Source of the DNA: Alphaproteobacteria bacterium
Lineage (GTDB): Bacteria; Pseudomonadota; Alphaproteobacteria; UBA11136
Direction: 5' to 3'
Assembly: GCA_030739855.1 (NCBI GenBank)
Contig: JASLYJ010000005.1
Span: forward strand, 181-64,180
DNA length: 64,000 nt
The notes under the pieces were generated by a model. It saw only the letters and a program-made list of their open reading frames with translations, was not told where the DNA came from and ran no database searches. This document shows, one piece after another, positions 31,083 to 40,738 of this stretch (its first letter is position 1; every line of letters begins with the position of its first letter). The translations under genes and the position numbers were made by a program.

Positions 31083-32429
31083 GTGACCTCCGTCCCTACG
31101 CCAGAGAGACTCCACAATCCCGAAGAGGGCTCCGTCCACATCATCGGCGGTGGCCTTTCCGGTCTGGCTAGTGCCGTACGGCTAGTCCAAGCCGGCTGCC
31201 AGCCCGTAATCTACGAATCTACAGACCACGCCGGCGGGCGGTGCCGCTCCCTGTTCGAACCCACGCTTAACCGTCTCATCGACAACGGAAATCATCTCCT
31301 ACTCAGCGGCAACCACGCCACCATGGACTATCTCAAGATCATTGGCGCCCGTGAAGAACTGGCTGTAGCGCCACGTGCAGTTTATACCTTCGTCGACATC
31401 CGTGATGGCAAACGATGGTCCGTAAGGCCCAATAGAGGACGTTTCCCTTGGTGGGTATTGTCAGAATCGAGGCGTGTGCCGGATTCCCGGCCCTGGGATT
31501 ATTTTGCCGCCCTGGGTCTTTCCCGGGTGAAACATGGAAAGACCGTGGCAGAATATTTCGATACAGACCGGAAAATTTTCGAACGATTCTGGGAACCCCT
31601 GACCGTTGCCGTGCTTAACGCCGGCGCCCACGAGGGCGCCGCCTGTTTACTGTGGCCGGTGATCCAACTGACCTTCGGCAAGGGCGAAGCCGCCTGCCGG
31701 CCTTGCTTTCCCTGCCAGGGACTATCTGGAACCTTTGTTGATCCGGCACTAGCTTGGCTTTCCGTAAACGGTGCCGAAGTGAATTTCCAGCATCGGATAC
31801 GCGGCTTCAAGAGACGTTCGGACACAAACGGAAGTACCATAACGGAACTCGACTTTGCCAATGCTTCAATTCCCATTTTGAACAAGGATCGTGTGATTCT
31901 GGCGGTTCCCCCCGATTCCGCGTCTTCCCTGCTTCCCGATATACCTGTTCCCAGCAATAGCCGCGCCATCGTCAATGTACACTTTCTGCTACCTCACCCT
32001 CCTCCCGAAGATGCTCGGAAAACTCGCCTCATGGGTATTATCGGCGGACACGCGCAATGGCTTTTTTTGCGGGAAGATGTCGCTTCGGCAACAGTCAGTG
32101 CCGCTGATAAAGTGGCGTTGGAACAAGCAGAAACTATCGCGCAACGTATCTGGCCCGAAGTCGTCAGCGCTCTAGGTATGGGTAAAGAGAGCCCCTTATC
32201 TCCCTACCGCGTTATTAAGGAAAAACGCGGCACCTTTGCGCAAATACCCGACCAGCTTCCCCTCAGGGCAAAAACAAGGACAGCCTACAATAATCTTTTC
32301 CTAGCAGGCGATTGGACGGATACCGGCCTTCCAGCCACCATCGAAGGGGCCGTAAAGTCGGGATTTGCCGCCGCCGAGGCCGTTTTGGAAGATAAGGAGA
32401 AAAGCAGGAGGAATGGTCTCTGGCCTTGA
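31083..32429 (+). CDS. hpnE: FAD-dependent hydroxysqualene dehydroxylase (amine oxidase family)
   Basis: Dinucleotide fold VHIIGGGLSGLASAVRL near the N-terminus. The start is placed at GTG 31083, just after the hpnD stop. The tracked ORF from 30894 would overlap hpnD by 185 nt. Confidence 0.75.
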   Translation: MTSVPTPERLHNPEEGSVHIIGGGLSGLASAVRLVQAGCQPVIYESTDHAGGRCRSLFEPTLNRLIDNGNHLLLSGNHATMDYLKIIGAREELAVAPRAVYTFVDIRDGKRWSVRPNRGRFPWWVLSESRRVPDSRPWDYFAALGLSRVKHGKTVAEYFDTDRKIFERFWEPLTVAVLNAGAHEGAACLLWPVIQLTFGKGEAACRPCFPCQGLSGTFVDPALAWLSVNGAEVNFQHRIRGFKRRSDTNGSTITELDFANASIPILNKDRVILAVPPDSASSLLPDIPVPSNSRAIVNVHFLLPHPPPEDARKTRLMGIIGGHAQWLFLREDVASATVSAADKVALEQAETIAQRIWPEVVSALGMGKESPLSPYRVIKEKRGTFAQIPDQLPLRAKTRTAYNNLFLAGDWTDTGLPATIEGAVKSGFAAAEAVLEDKEKSRRNGLWP

Positions 32430-32487
32430 CAACCCTTTTTTTGTCAAGATACCTCCCTCGTTCCACGTGACGGAACATGGCCGATTC

Positions 32488-34428
32488 ATGCTGAACAAGC
32501 TCAATAATTCTAAAGACGATCATCTTAAGGCCGTTGAGTCGGTCATTGAGGATGCGTGGCAAGCGCTGAAAGAAACACAACATGAAGACGGGCACTGGGC
32601 CTTCAAGCTCGAGGCAGACGCCACCATCCCTGCGGAATATATCCTGCTCAACCACTTCATCGGAGAAGTAGAGGAGGATATTGAGGCTAAGCTCGCCAAT
32701 TACATCCGTTCGATTCAGTGCGATGACGGAGGATGGCCCCTGTTCCATGCCGGAGACATGGATGTGAGCTGCAGTGTAAAGGCTTATTACGCCCTGAAAA
32801 TCGTCGGCGACGACATCAACGCCCCACATATGAAAAAAACGCGCGCGGCTATTCTCGCCCACGGTGGCGCGGCAAAAAGCAATGTCTTCACCCGTATCTC
32901 ACTTTGCCTGTTCGGCGAAATACCCTGGCGTGCGGTTCCAGTCATGCCGGTTGAAATCATGCTGTTGCCAACCTGGTCTCCTTTCCATCTGAGCAAAGTC
33001 TCCTATTGGTCGCGGACCGTAATCGTTCCTCTGCTTGTGCTCATGGCCCTGAAGCCAAAAGCGGTTAACCCCAATAACGTCAGCGTGCGGGAATTGTTTG
33101 TCACTCCACCTGAAGAACATCGCCGCTATATAACCAATCCGACGGGGGGGGTTTGGGGTGAGGTTTTCCTGGCTATAGACAAGGTTCTTCACGTTATTGA
33201 GCCGTTCTTCCCTAAGGCATTCCACAAGCGGGCCATAGACGCGGCCACCCAATGGTTTACCGAACGCCTGAACGGTGAAGATGGCCTAGGTGCAATCTTT
33301 CCGGCCATGACCAATGCCGTCATGGCCTATCACGCCCTGGGCTACCCAAAAGGCCATCCCGATTTTGCCGTCGCTAAAAAGGCCATACACAAGCTTCTCT
33401 ACCTGGAGGAGGACCAAGGATTCTGCCGACCCTGCACGTCCCCGGTATGGGATACAGGTCTTGCAGCACAAGCCCTGATGGTGGCCGGCGAACCCCATAA
33501 CGGCCCGTGTATCCGCAAGGCCATGGATTGGCTTGTTGATCGGCAAATACTCGATGCAAAGGGTGACTGGGCCAGTGACCGGCCCAGTCTCCGCCCCGGG
33601 GGCTGGGCCTTCCAGTATTGGAATGACTATTACCCGGATGTGGACGATACGGCAGTCGTGATCATGGCACTCGACCGCAGTGGCCGCCACCATTACCAAC
33701 CAGCCATTACCCGCGCCACCGAATGGACCATCGGCATGCAAAACCAGAACGGTGGCTGGGGCGCCTTCGATGCTGACGGCACAAGTTACTATTTGAACCA
33801 CATCCCCTTCGCTGATCACGGAGCGCTTCTTGACCCCCCAACTGCGGATGTGTCGGCCCGCTGCGTCAGTATGCTGGCCCAGCTGGGACACAAGGAAACC
33901 CATCCGGCCTTTTCCCTGGGACTCGAGTATTTAAGGAAAACCCAAGAAGATGATGGCTCTTGGTTCGGCCGCTGGGGAATCAACTATATCTACGGCACAT
34001 GGTCCGTCTTAAGCGCCTTTAATGCCGCAGGCGAGGATATGGATACCCCCCATATCCGCAAGGCCGTGGACTGGCTTAAATCCCGTCAGCGTAACGATGG
34101 TGGATGGGGCGAGGATGGCGCCACCTATTGGCTGGAACGCAAGGAAGAAGTTAAGGAAAGCACCCCCTCTCAAACCGCCTGGGCGGTGCTAGGGCTTATG
34201 GCGGCAGGCGAGGTGCGAAGCAACACCGTGAGACACGGCATCGACTATCTTCTTGCCTCTCCCAGAAGCGGTGCTCGCTGGGACGAAAATCTCTTTACCG
34301 CCGTCGGATTTCCAAGGGTCTTTTATCTGCGCTATCACGGATACGCGAAGTATTTCCCCCTCTGGGCGCTGTCCAGATATCGCAATTTATTGCGGGGAAA
34401 CGCCAAAACCGTACCCTACGGAATGTGA
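32488..34428 (+). CDS. shc: Squalene-hopene cyclase
   Basis: Catalytic DxDD motif (YPDVDDTAVV) and multiple QW repeats (Q..DGGW). The start is either ATG 32488 or ATG 32413. Confidence 0.92.
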   Translation: MLNKLNNSKDDHLKAVESVIEDAWQALKETQHEDGHWAFKLEADATIPAEYILLNHFIGEVEEDIEAKLANYIRSIQCDDGGWPLFHAGDMDVSCSVKAYYALKIVGDDINAPHMKKTRAAILAHGGAAKSNVFTRISLCLFGEIPWRAVPVMPVEIMLLPTWSPFHLSKVSYWSRTVIVPLLVLMALKPKAVNPNNVSVRELFVTPPEEHRRYITNPTGGVWGEVFLAIDKVLHVIEPFFPKAFHKRAIDAATQWFTERLNGEDGLGAIFPAMTNAVMAYHALGYPKGHPDFAVAKKAIHKLLYLEEDQGFCRPCTSPVWDTGLAAQALMVAGEPHNGPCIRKAMDWLVDRQILDAKGDWASDRPSLRPGGWAFQYWNDYYPDVDDTAVVIMALDRSGRHHYQPAITRATEWTIGMQNQNGGWGAFDADGTSYYLNHIPFADHGALLDPPTADVSARCVSMLAQLGHKETHPAFSLGLEYLRKTQEDDGSWFGRWGINYIYGTWSVLSAFNAAGEDMDTPHIRKAVDWLKSRQRNDGGWGEDGATYWLERKEEVKESTPSQTAWAVLGLMAAGEVRSNTVRHGIDYLLASPRSGARWDENLFTAVGFPRVFYLRYHGYAKYFPLWALSRYRNLLRGNAKTVPYGM

Positions 34429-35099
34429 CTTTTACCCCACCAGATAGACCCGGTTTCGTAACCGGCCTCATGGCAGAGGCCGCACATCTTGAAAACATCT
34501 CCTTTTCCACCTTCTGTTCTGGAGGCCACCCACGACGCGCAACAGAAGGCGCCCAACAAATGGTTGATTCTGGCGCTACGGGGCTGGTGAGCTTTGGTAT
34601 CGGCGGTGGATTGGATCCTTCCCTACACCCTGGGTCTCTAGTTGTGGCCACCATGGTCATTACGCCGGAAGGGGACAAAATAAGAACTGATTCCGCCTGG
34701 CAAAATCATATTCAGAAACTAACCCCCGGCCCGTTGGTCATTGCCGGGATAGCCGGCAGCGATCATGCCATTACATCACCCCGAGCTAAGAGCGACCTCT
34801 TCGCCGCAACTGGGGCCGCCGCCGTAGATATGGAAAGTCATGCCGTGGCTAGGGTGGCTACCAAAACGGGAGTGCCATTCCTGGCCCTGCGGGCTATAGC
34901 CGACCCCGCGTGCAGGACCGTACCAGTCTCCGCCATGGGCGGCCTCAGCCCGGATGGTCACACTCGCATCCTGGCTGCACTAGGAAATTTATTGCTTCAT
35001 CCTTGGGAATTGCCCGACCTGCTTCGACTGGCGCTGGATACACAAAAAGGACTGCGCTCTTTACGCCGCGTCGCAGATAGTAGCTTTTCTTCCTCCTGA
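34425..35099 (+). CDS. hpnG: Hopanoid-associated phosphorylase/nucleosidase (PNP_UDP family), HpnG-type
   Basis: GLVSFGIGGGL and VDMESHAVA motifs of the nucleoside phosphorylase fold. The GTG start overlaps the shc stop. Confidence 0.75.
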   Translation: MTFTPPDRPGFVTGLMAEAAHLENISFSTFCSGGHPRRATEGAQQMVDSGATGLVSFGIGGGLDPSLHPGSLVVATMVITPEGDKIRTDSAWQNHIQKLTPGPLVIAGIAGSDHAITSPRAKSDLFAATGAAAVDMESHAVARVATKTGVPFLALRAIADPACRTVPVSAMGGLSPDGHTRILAALGNLLLHPWELPDLLRLALDTQKGLRSLRRVADSSFSSS

Positions 35100-36221
35100 G
35101 TTCCGGGACTTCAATTCCGCGTCCTCCTTCATGGCGATTTCAACCCGTTCATCGCGTGCGTATTCGGCGGGACGGGCATTCTCAAGAGCAATATCCAGTG
35201 CCATGGGGCCTTCGGTTCTGATGCCGCGCAGAGCTAAGATGACAGCCTTCCATGGCTTGGCAACGATATCCGTCACGGCCGTGGCCTCGTATCCACAATG
35301 AGCCATGCAGTTAGCGCATTTTTCATAATTCCCAGTACCGTAGGACTGCCAGTCAGTTTCTTCCATCAGTTCCTTAAAGTTCCCGGCATATCCTTCATCG
35401 AGGAGATAACATGGCCGCTGCCAGCCAAATATGTTGCGGGTCGGGTTTCCCCAAGGTGTGCAATGATAGGTCTGATTTCCGGCCAGAAAATCCAGGAACA
35501 TGAAGGAGTGGCTAAATCGCCATTTTCTTTTCCCGTTGTGGCGGAAAATATCCCGGAACAACTGACGAGTTTTCTCCCGTTTGAGGAAATGGTCCTGATC
35601 TGGTGCCCTTTCATAGGAAAAACCTGGCGATACGGTAATCCCCTCCACGTCTAGTTCCATCATATGGTCAAAAAAATTTGCCATACGTTTCGTGTCAACA
35701 CCCTCGAAAAGCGTGGAGTTTATATTGATGCGGAAACCCCGCCTGTGGGCTTCACGGATAGCGCTGACCGCTTGGTCAAACACGCCGTCCTGGCATACCG
35801 CTGCATCATGTATTTCTCTATCGCCATCGAGATGGATTGAAAAGGTGAGATAGGGACTGGGCTTGAATAGGTCTAGGCGTTTTTCCAGCAATAAGGCGTT
35901 GGTACAAAGATAGACAAACTTCCTTTTGGCGATCAATCCTTCAACAATCTCCTTGATTTCCCCGTGCAACAAGGGCTCCCCCCCAGGGATGGAAACGATA
36001 GGGGCACCGCATTCATCAACTGCATCAAGACATTCCTGAACGCTTAGGCGTTTATTGAGAACGGCATCGGGATAATCGATCTTGCCACATCCCGCACAGA
36101 CAAGATTACAGCGGAAAAGGGGTTCAAGCATCAGCACCAAGGGATAACGCTTAGCACCAAACAGGCGCTGTTTAATGATATAGGCGCCGACTCGCGCTTG
36201 TTGAATAAGAGGGATTGCCAC
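35061..36221 (-). CDS. hpnH: Adenosyl-hopene transferase, radical SAM, HpnH-type
   Basis: MLEPLFRCNLVCAGCGK (CxxxCxxC). 386 aa, placed between hpnG and ispH as in known hopanoid clusters. Confidence 0.88.
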   Translation of the reverse strand: MAIPLIQQARVGAYIIKQRLFGAKRYPLVLMLEPLFRCNLVCAGCGKIDYPDAVLNKRLSVQECLDAVDECGAPIVSIPGGEPLLHGEIKEIVEGLIAKRKFVYLCTNALLLEKRLDLFKPSPYLTFSIHLDGDREIHDAAVCQDGVFDQAVSAIREAHRRGFRININSTLFEGVDTKRMANFFDHMMELDVEGITVSPGFSYERAPDQDHFLKREKTRQLFRDIFRHNGKRKWRFSHSFMFLDFLAGNQTYHCTPWGNPTRNIFGWQRPCYLLDEGYAGNFKELMEETDWQSYGTGNYEKCANCMAHCGYEATAVTDIVAKPWKAVILALRGIRTEGPMALDIALENARPAEYARDERVEIAMKEDAELKSRNSGGRKATICDAA

Positions 36222-36251
36222 GAAGATATTTCTTTCGTCAGTATTCCTGCT

Positions 36252-37214
36252 TTAGGCCCGTTGTGCCAACACGCTCTCAGACAATTGTGGAGGTAGTTTG
36301 AACTGAACGTTCTCATCCTCCCCTTTAGAAGACTCGAGCCTCACCTTCCGACACGTGCGAAGTCTGTCAATCACTTCCTGAACCAACTCCTCGGGTGTCG
36401 ACGCCCCGGCAGTGATACCCAACGTGGCCACACCTTCCAGCCAAGCGGGATCAAAGGCCTGGGGGTCTTCGATCAGATGGGTGGCCACTCCCGTCTCGGA
36501 GCCGATTTCCTGAAGACGATTAGAGTTTGAACTGTTGCTGGCCCCCACCACCAGAAGCATATCAACCTGCCGCGAGAGTGCACGCACCGAGGTCTGACGA
36601 TTTTGCGTGGCATAGCAAATATCCTTCACATCGGGGCCGATGATCGCGGGAAAGCGTGCTTTAAGGGCCCCTATGGTGTCCTTGGTATCATCCACCGAAA
36701 GCGTTGTCTGGCTGACATAAGAAAGTCTACTTGAGTCGGAGACCTCAAGCTTAAAAACGTCCTCAGCACTGGATACAAGATAGACCTTCCCAGGAATGCG
36801 GCCCATGGTACCTTCCACTTCTGGGTGGCCTTCATGCCCGATAAGAACGACCTCGTAGTCGTCTTCGGCATAGCCCTGACCTTCCTTGTGCACTTTAGCC
36901 ACCAGGGGACAGGTGGCATCGAGAAGAGGAAGATTACGAGCGTTGGCAGTGTCTTCCACCGACTGAGCAACTCCGTGGGCGCTAAATATGGTTACGCCAC
37001 CATCGGGGATTTCATCGAGCTCTTCAACAAATACCGCGCCCATGTCTTTCAATCCTTCCACCACCCGTTTGTTATGGACGATTTCATGGCGCACGTAGAC
37101 GGGAGGCCCATAGAGATCCAGCGCCCGTTCTACAATTTCAATAGCTCGCTCTACCCCGGCGCAAAACCCCCTAGGGCAAGCAAGAATGACCCGAAGGTTT
37201 TTCTTAGCGGTCAT
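36252..37214 (-). CDS. ispH: 4-hydroxy-3-methylbut-2-enyl diphosphate reductase
   Basis: PRGFCAGVERAI, HEIVHN, ATCPLV.KVH. The start is placed at ATG 37214. Confidence 0.92.
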   Translation of the reverse strand: MTAKKNLRVILACPRGFCAGVERAIEIVERALDLYGPPVYVRHEIVHNKRVVEGLKDMGAVFVEELDEIPDGGVTIFSAHGVAQSVEDTANARNLPLLDATCPLVAKVHKEGQGYAEDDYEVVLIGHEGHPEVEGTMGRIPGKVYLVSSAEDVFKLEVSDSSRLSYVSQTTLSVDDTKDTIGALKARFPAIIGPDVKDICYATQNRQTSVRALSRQVDMLLVVGASNSSNSNRLQEIGSETGVATHLIEDPQAFDPAWLEGVATLGITAGASTPEELVQEVIDRLRTCRKVRLESSKGEDENVQFKLPPQLSESVLAQRA

Positions 37215-37438
37215 AGGATTTTTTCCATGATCACGACTTAAACAATGGCAACGTGCTTCATAACACGTTGGGAGACCTGCCACAAATCCCTCTGCCATAA
37301 GGATATAAACGGATTTAATTTTCATATGGCGCCGCAAAAGAAAAGAGACAATGCAATTCTGATATCTATATTTTCTTCCCCTTACGCCCGAATGAAGGCC
37401 CGGAAGCTATATATGGACGAAGCCCTGTGTCATAACCT

Positions 37439-38542
37439 GTGCCATGGGAAAATTCCCCGGTACGCATTGATAACAATATCCGCTACCCATTCTGGAAACC
37501 CGTGGTGAAGAATCTTAAATTTCTCTATTTGCTCGTTGGTCTTGTCCTGCTCGCTCTCGTCCTTGCCCATACCGATCTCAGCCAATTATGGGACCAGACC
37601 GTGCGGGTGGGATGGGGAATAGGGGTAATCCTCACCCTCTATCTTATTGCCTTCGTCCTTGATTCCGTTTCCTGGCAACTGGCCCTGCTTCCCTTAAATT
37701 TCGATTCGCTAACCATTTGTAGGGTTTGGAAAATCCGCATGGTCGGCGAAGCTGTAAATAACGCGACGCCGCTGGCCACAATAGGCGGCGAACCGGTTAA
37801 GGCCGTCTTGCTTAAAAAGAATTTCGGCACGGGCTACCGCGAGGGCACGGCCTCGCTCATTATCGCCAAGACCACGAATCTTCTGGCCTTGATCGCGTTT
37901 CTTGCCACCGGATTCGGCCTCATGCTTGTAACCGAAGTGCTGCCGCCCTTCTATAACTTCGTGGCCGGGGCCGGGCTTATCACCTTCACAGCAGGCATCG
38001 TCCTGCTTTTCCTGGTACAGCGTTACAAAATCTCCTCTCTCGCTGGAACCTGGATGGCACAAACGCGGCTTGGACGTTTCCTGGAGAACCTTCTCCATCA
38101 CATCCACGACATGGAAGACCGGCTGATTCATTTCTACACCCGTCATCGCTTGCGTTTCCTGCTGGCGCTTGTTCTGGCCTTCGTCAACTGGGTGATCGGC
38201 GCTCTGGAACTGTATGTCACGCTGCTTTTCCTCGGCCACCCGGTGACCTTCGGCGAAGCCTGGATCATCGAGGCCATCGCCCAGCTGGTACGTAGCGGCG
38301 CCTTTTTCATTCCGGGAGCCCTTGGTATCCAAGAAGGGGCTTTCATGATCGTCATCGAAGCCATGACGGGGCGGGGCGTGCTGGGTCTGGCCGTGGCCAT
38401 GATACGCAGGTTCCGAGAAATCGTCTGGATTACGTGGGGCATGTTGTTGGGTGGATTTTCTTCCTTTTCACCGCAAATGGCCGAGGAGGTCTCCCCGGAA
38501 GTGTCTGGAGAGCCTGCCTCCCCACGAAAACCCCGGACATGA
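37439..38542 (+). CDS. Flippase-like/UPF0104 (lysyl-PG synthase transmembrane region family) membrane protein, HpnL-like
   Basis: Polytopic membrane protein with about 8 transmembrane segments and the IGGEPVKAVLLKK motif typical of this family. The start is uncertain. Its stop forms an ATGA overlap with the next gene. Confidence 0.6.
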   Translation: MPWENSPVRIDNNIRYPFWKPVVKNLKFLYLLVGLVLLALVLAHTDLSQLWDQTVRVGWGIGVILTLYLIAFVLDSVSWQLALLPLNFDSLTICRVWKIRMVGEAVNNATPLATIGGEPVKAVLLKKNFGTGYREGTASLIIAKTTNLLALIAFLATGFGLMLVTEVLPPFYNFVAGAGLITFTAGIVLLFLVQRYKISSLAGTWMAQTRLGRFLENLLHHIHDMEDRLIHFYTRHRLRFLLALVLAFVNWVIGALELYVTLLFLGHPVTFGEAWIIEAIAQLVRSGAFFIPGALGIQEGAFMIVIEAMTGRGVLGLAVAMIRRFREIVWITWGMLLGGFSSFSPQMAEEVSPEVSGEPASPRKPRT

Positions 38543-39141
38543 AACAGGTGCCCCCCTGGGATCAGAGACTGGCCAGAATCATGGTCCGCCCCCTGGCCCG
38601 CACGCCCATCACCCCCAATCAGGTGACAATCTTTACCCTTGTGCTGGCGCTGGCCGCCACCGCCCTGTTCGCGGTGGGGGACAAAACGGCGGCCAACTGG
38701 GCGGCGGGGCTATTCATCCTGGCCCGCTTCATGGATCATTTTGATGGTGAACTGGCCAGGATGACGGGCAAAGCATCCCGTCTCGGCTACTATCTCGACT
38801 ATGTGGCCGGGGGCTTGAGTTACGGCGGACTGTTTCTCGGCATCGGCATCGGGGTGCGGGAGTCCTTCCTCGGCGAATGGGCCATTATTCTGGGGCTGGC
38901 CGCGGCTGGCGGCGCCGTAATCTCCATGTTCCTCAATCTGCACATCGACAAGCAGAACCAACTCAAGGAAGGTAAGACCGTCGGATATCCTAGATTTGCG
39001 GGATTCGAACTGGAGGACGGCATCTATCTGATCGGGCCCATAACCTGGGCCGGATTCCTGACGCCGTTTTTCGCCCTCAGCGTGGCTGGCGCGGTAATCT
39101 ATACGCTGTGGACCCTCGCTACAGTCCTGCGCGGCAAATAG
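38539..39141 (+). CDS. CDP-alcohol phosphatidyltransferase-like membrane protein, paralog 1 (divergent signature)
   Basis: 200 aa, about 6 transmembrane segments. The signature reads DHFDGELAR-x8-G-x3-D-x3-G, so the last Asp of D-x2-DG-x2-AR-x8-G-x3-D-x3-D is replaced by Gly. Confidence 0.65.
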   Translation: MKQVPPWDQRLARIMVRPLARTPITPNQVTIFTLVLALAATALFAVGDKTAANWAAGLFILARFMDHFDGELARMTGKASRLGYYLDYVAGGLSYGGLFLGIGIGVRESFLGEWAIILGLAAAGGAVISMFLNLHIDKQNQLKEGKTVGYPRFAGFELEDGIYLIGPITWAGFLTPFFALSVAGAVIYTLWTLATVLRGK

Positions 39142-40121
39142 CCGTTGCGACAGAACCAATCCACGGCGTCACTGAGGGCTTCCACCGCAGGACGTGGCAC
39201 GTAATCCAGTTCGCGCCGGGCCTTTTCAATAGAAAAAAACATATGTTTTTTCGACAGTTTAAGCGCATCCACGGTGATCATCGGCTCCGGGCCGCCTCGC
39301 AGCCTGGCAAAGGCCTCCGTTATATAGGCGATGGGGAGGATCAGATTGTGGGGAAGGTTGATGAAAGGCGGGCGGCGCCGGGTGAGGCGGGCGATCTCAG
39401 CTAGCACCTGACGTAGAGTGAGGTTCTCAGCGCCAAGAATATAGCGCTCCCCCACCTGCCCCTTTTCATAGGCCAACACGTGCCCCTTTGCCACGTCGTC
39501 CACATGTACAAAATTAAGACCAGTATCCACGAAGGCAGGCATTTTCCCGGCGGCGGCCTGAACGATCATCTTGCCAGTGGGGGTGGGCTTGATATCGCGC
39601 GGACCGATAGGGGCGGCGGGATTAACGATCACCGCAGGCAGAGAGTCTTCGGCGATGAGGCGCCTAACTTCCTCCTCGGCCAGAAATTTTGAGCGTTTGT
39701 AATCCCCGATCATATCCTTCAAGGATACGACTGTGTCTTCATCGGAGGGCGTGCCGTCTGCGTTAAGCCCCAAGGTTGCCACGCTGCTAGTATAGACGAT
39801 GCGTTTTACTCCAACCTCACTAGCAACCTCCATGATATTGCGGGTACCGCGAACGTTTGACTCGTAGATTTCCTCTGGGTTCGACGCCCAGAGCCGGTAA
39901 TCGGCGGCCACATGAAACAGGGCGTCGCACCCAGCCAGGGCCTTGACCAGGGAATTACGGTTGGACAAATCACCAATGGCGATTTCAACTTTCTGTCCTG
40001 TCAGGTTGCGACGATCGCTGGTGGGGCGCAGCAGCGCCTTCACCTCGTGTCCGGCTTGCACCGCTTCACGCAGTACGGCTGAGCCGACGAATCCCGATGC
40101 TCCGGTCACAAGCGTGGTCAT
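39099..40121 (-). CDS. hpnA: NAD-dependent epimerase/dehydratase/reductase (extended SDR), HpnA-like hopanoid-associated enzyme
   Basis: VTGASGFVGSAV Rossmann motif and the YKRSK catalytic motif. 340 aa. The start ATG at 40121 forms an ATGA overlap with the upstream gene's stop. Confidence 0.75.
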   Translation of the reverse strand: MTTLVTGASGFVGSAVLREAVQAGHEVKALLRPTSDRRNLTGQKVEIAIGDLSNRNSLVKALAGCDALFHVAADYRLWASNPEEIYESNVRGTRNIMEVASEVGVKRIVYTSSVATLGLNADGTPSDEDTVVSLKDMIGDYKRSKFLAEEEVRRLIAEDSLPAVIVNPAAPIGPRDIKPTPTGKMIVQAAAGKMPAFVDTGLNFVHVDDVAKGHVLAYEKGQVGERYILGAENLTLRQVLAEIARLTRRRPPFINLPHNLILPIAYITEAFARLRGGPEPMITVDALKLSKKHMFFSIEKARRELDYVPRPAVEALSDAVDWFCRNGYLPRRTVARVHSV

Positions 40122-40738
40122 GGTTGGCCTTGCCCTTTTGAACTCTGCACGCATTTCCAGATCACCCACAGCAGGAACAAGGGTGCGCCGATCCCGGCAG
40201 CCACAAGAAAGAGGGGGTCATAACCCAGCCAGGTAACCGGGCCGATGATATAAAGGGTATCTTCTGGCTCAAACCCGGCAATACTGCGCTGCTTGACAGC
40301 TTCCACGCCTTCCCGGACTTCGATCCACATCCGCACGCTCATGGTCGCCACCACTGCGAGACTGGCCGCCACGCCCAATGGCACCGCCCAATCCCCCAAC
40401 GGTCCGTGACGCAAGCCAATTCCCATCCCCACGAACAAAGAAACGTAGCTGACGGCCACTGCTACGTGATCGTAATAATGACCGAAAGTGCTGGTCTTAT
40501 TCACCAGACGCGCAAGTTCCCCGTCGGCATGGTCCATGAAGGCGGCAAACATGAATACCCCGGCGGCCCAGTTTGCAAGGACTAGATCTCCCTGAGCGAA
40601 GAGGCATCCCGCCAACAGCCCCATCATCAAACCCAGGGTGGTAACAGCGTTGGGATGGATGGAGGTATGAGCCAGCAACCCAGCCAGGATGCGAGCTAGA
40701 CGCTGGTCCCAAGCAATATTTTCCAAGGGATTACTCAT
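40118..40738 (-). CDS. CDP-alcohol phosphatidyltransferase-like membrane protein, paralog 2 (divergent signature)
   Basis: 206 aa. The signature reads DHADGELAR-x8-G-x3-D-x3-V. It is clearly paralogous to 38539-39141 (shared WDQRLARI, ANWAAG, FMDH.DGELAR, AGFE.ED..Y.IGP.TW). Both ends have ATGA overlaps. Confidence 0.65.
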   Translation of the reverse strand: MSNPLENIAWDQRLARILAGLLAHTSIHPNAVTTLGLMMGLLAGCLFAQGDLVLANWAAGVFMFAAFMDHADGELARLVNKTSTFGHYYDHVAVAVSYVSLFVGMGIGLRHGPLGDWAVPLGVAASLAVVATMSVRMWIEVREGVEAVKQRSIAGFEPEDTLYIIGPVTWLGYDPLFLVAAGIGAPLFLLWVIWKCVQSSKGQGQP

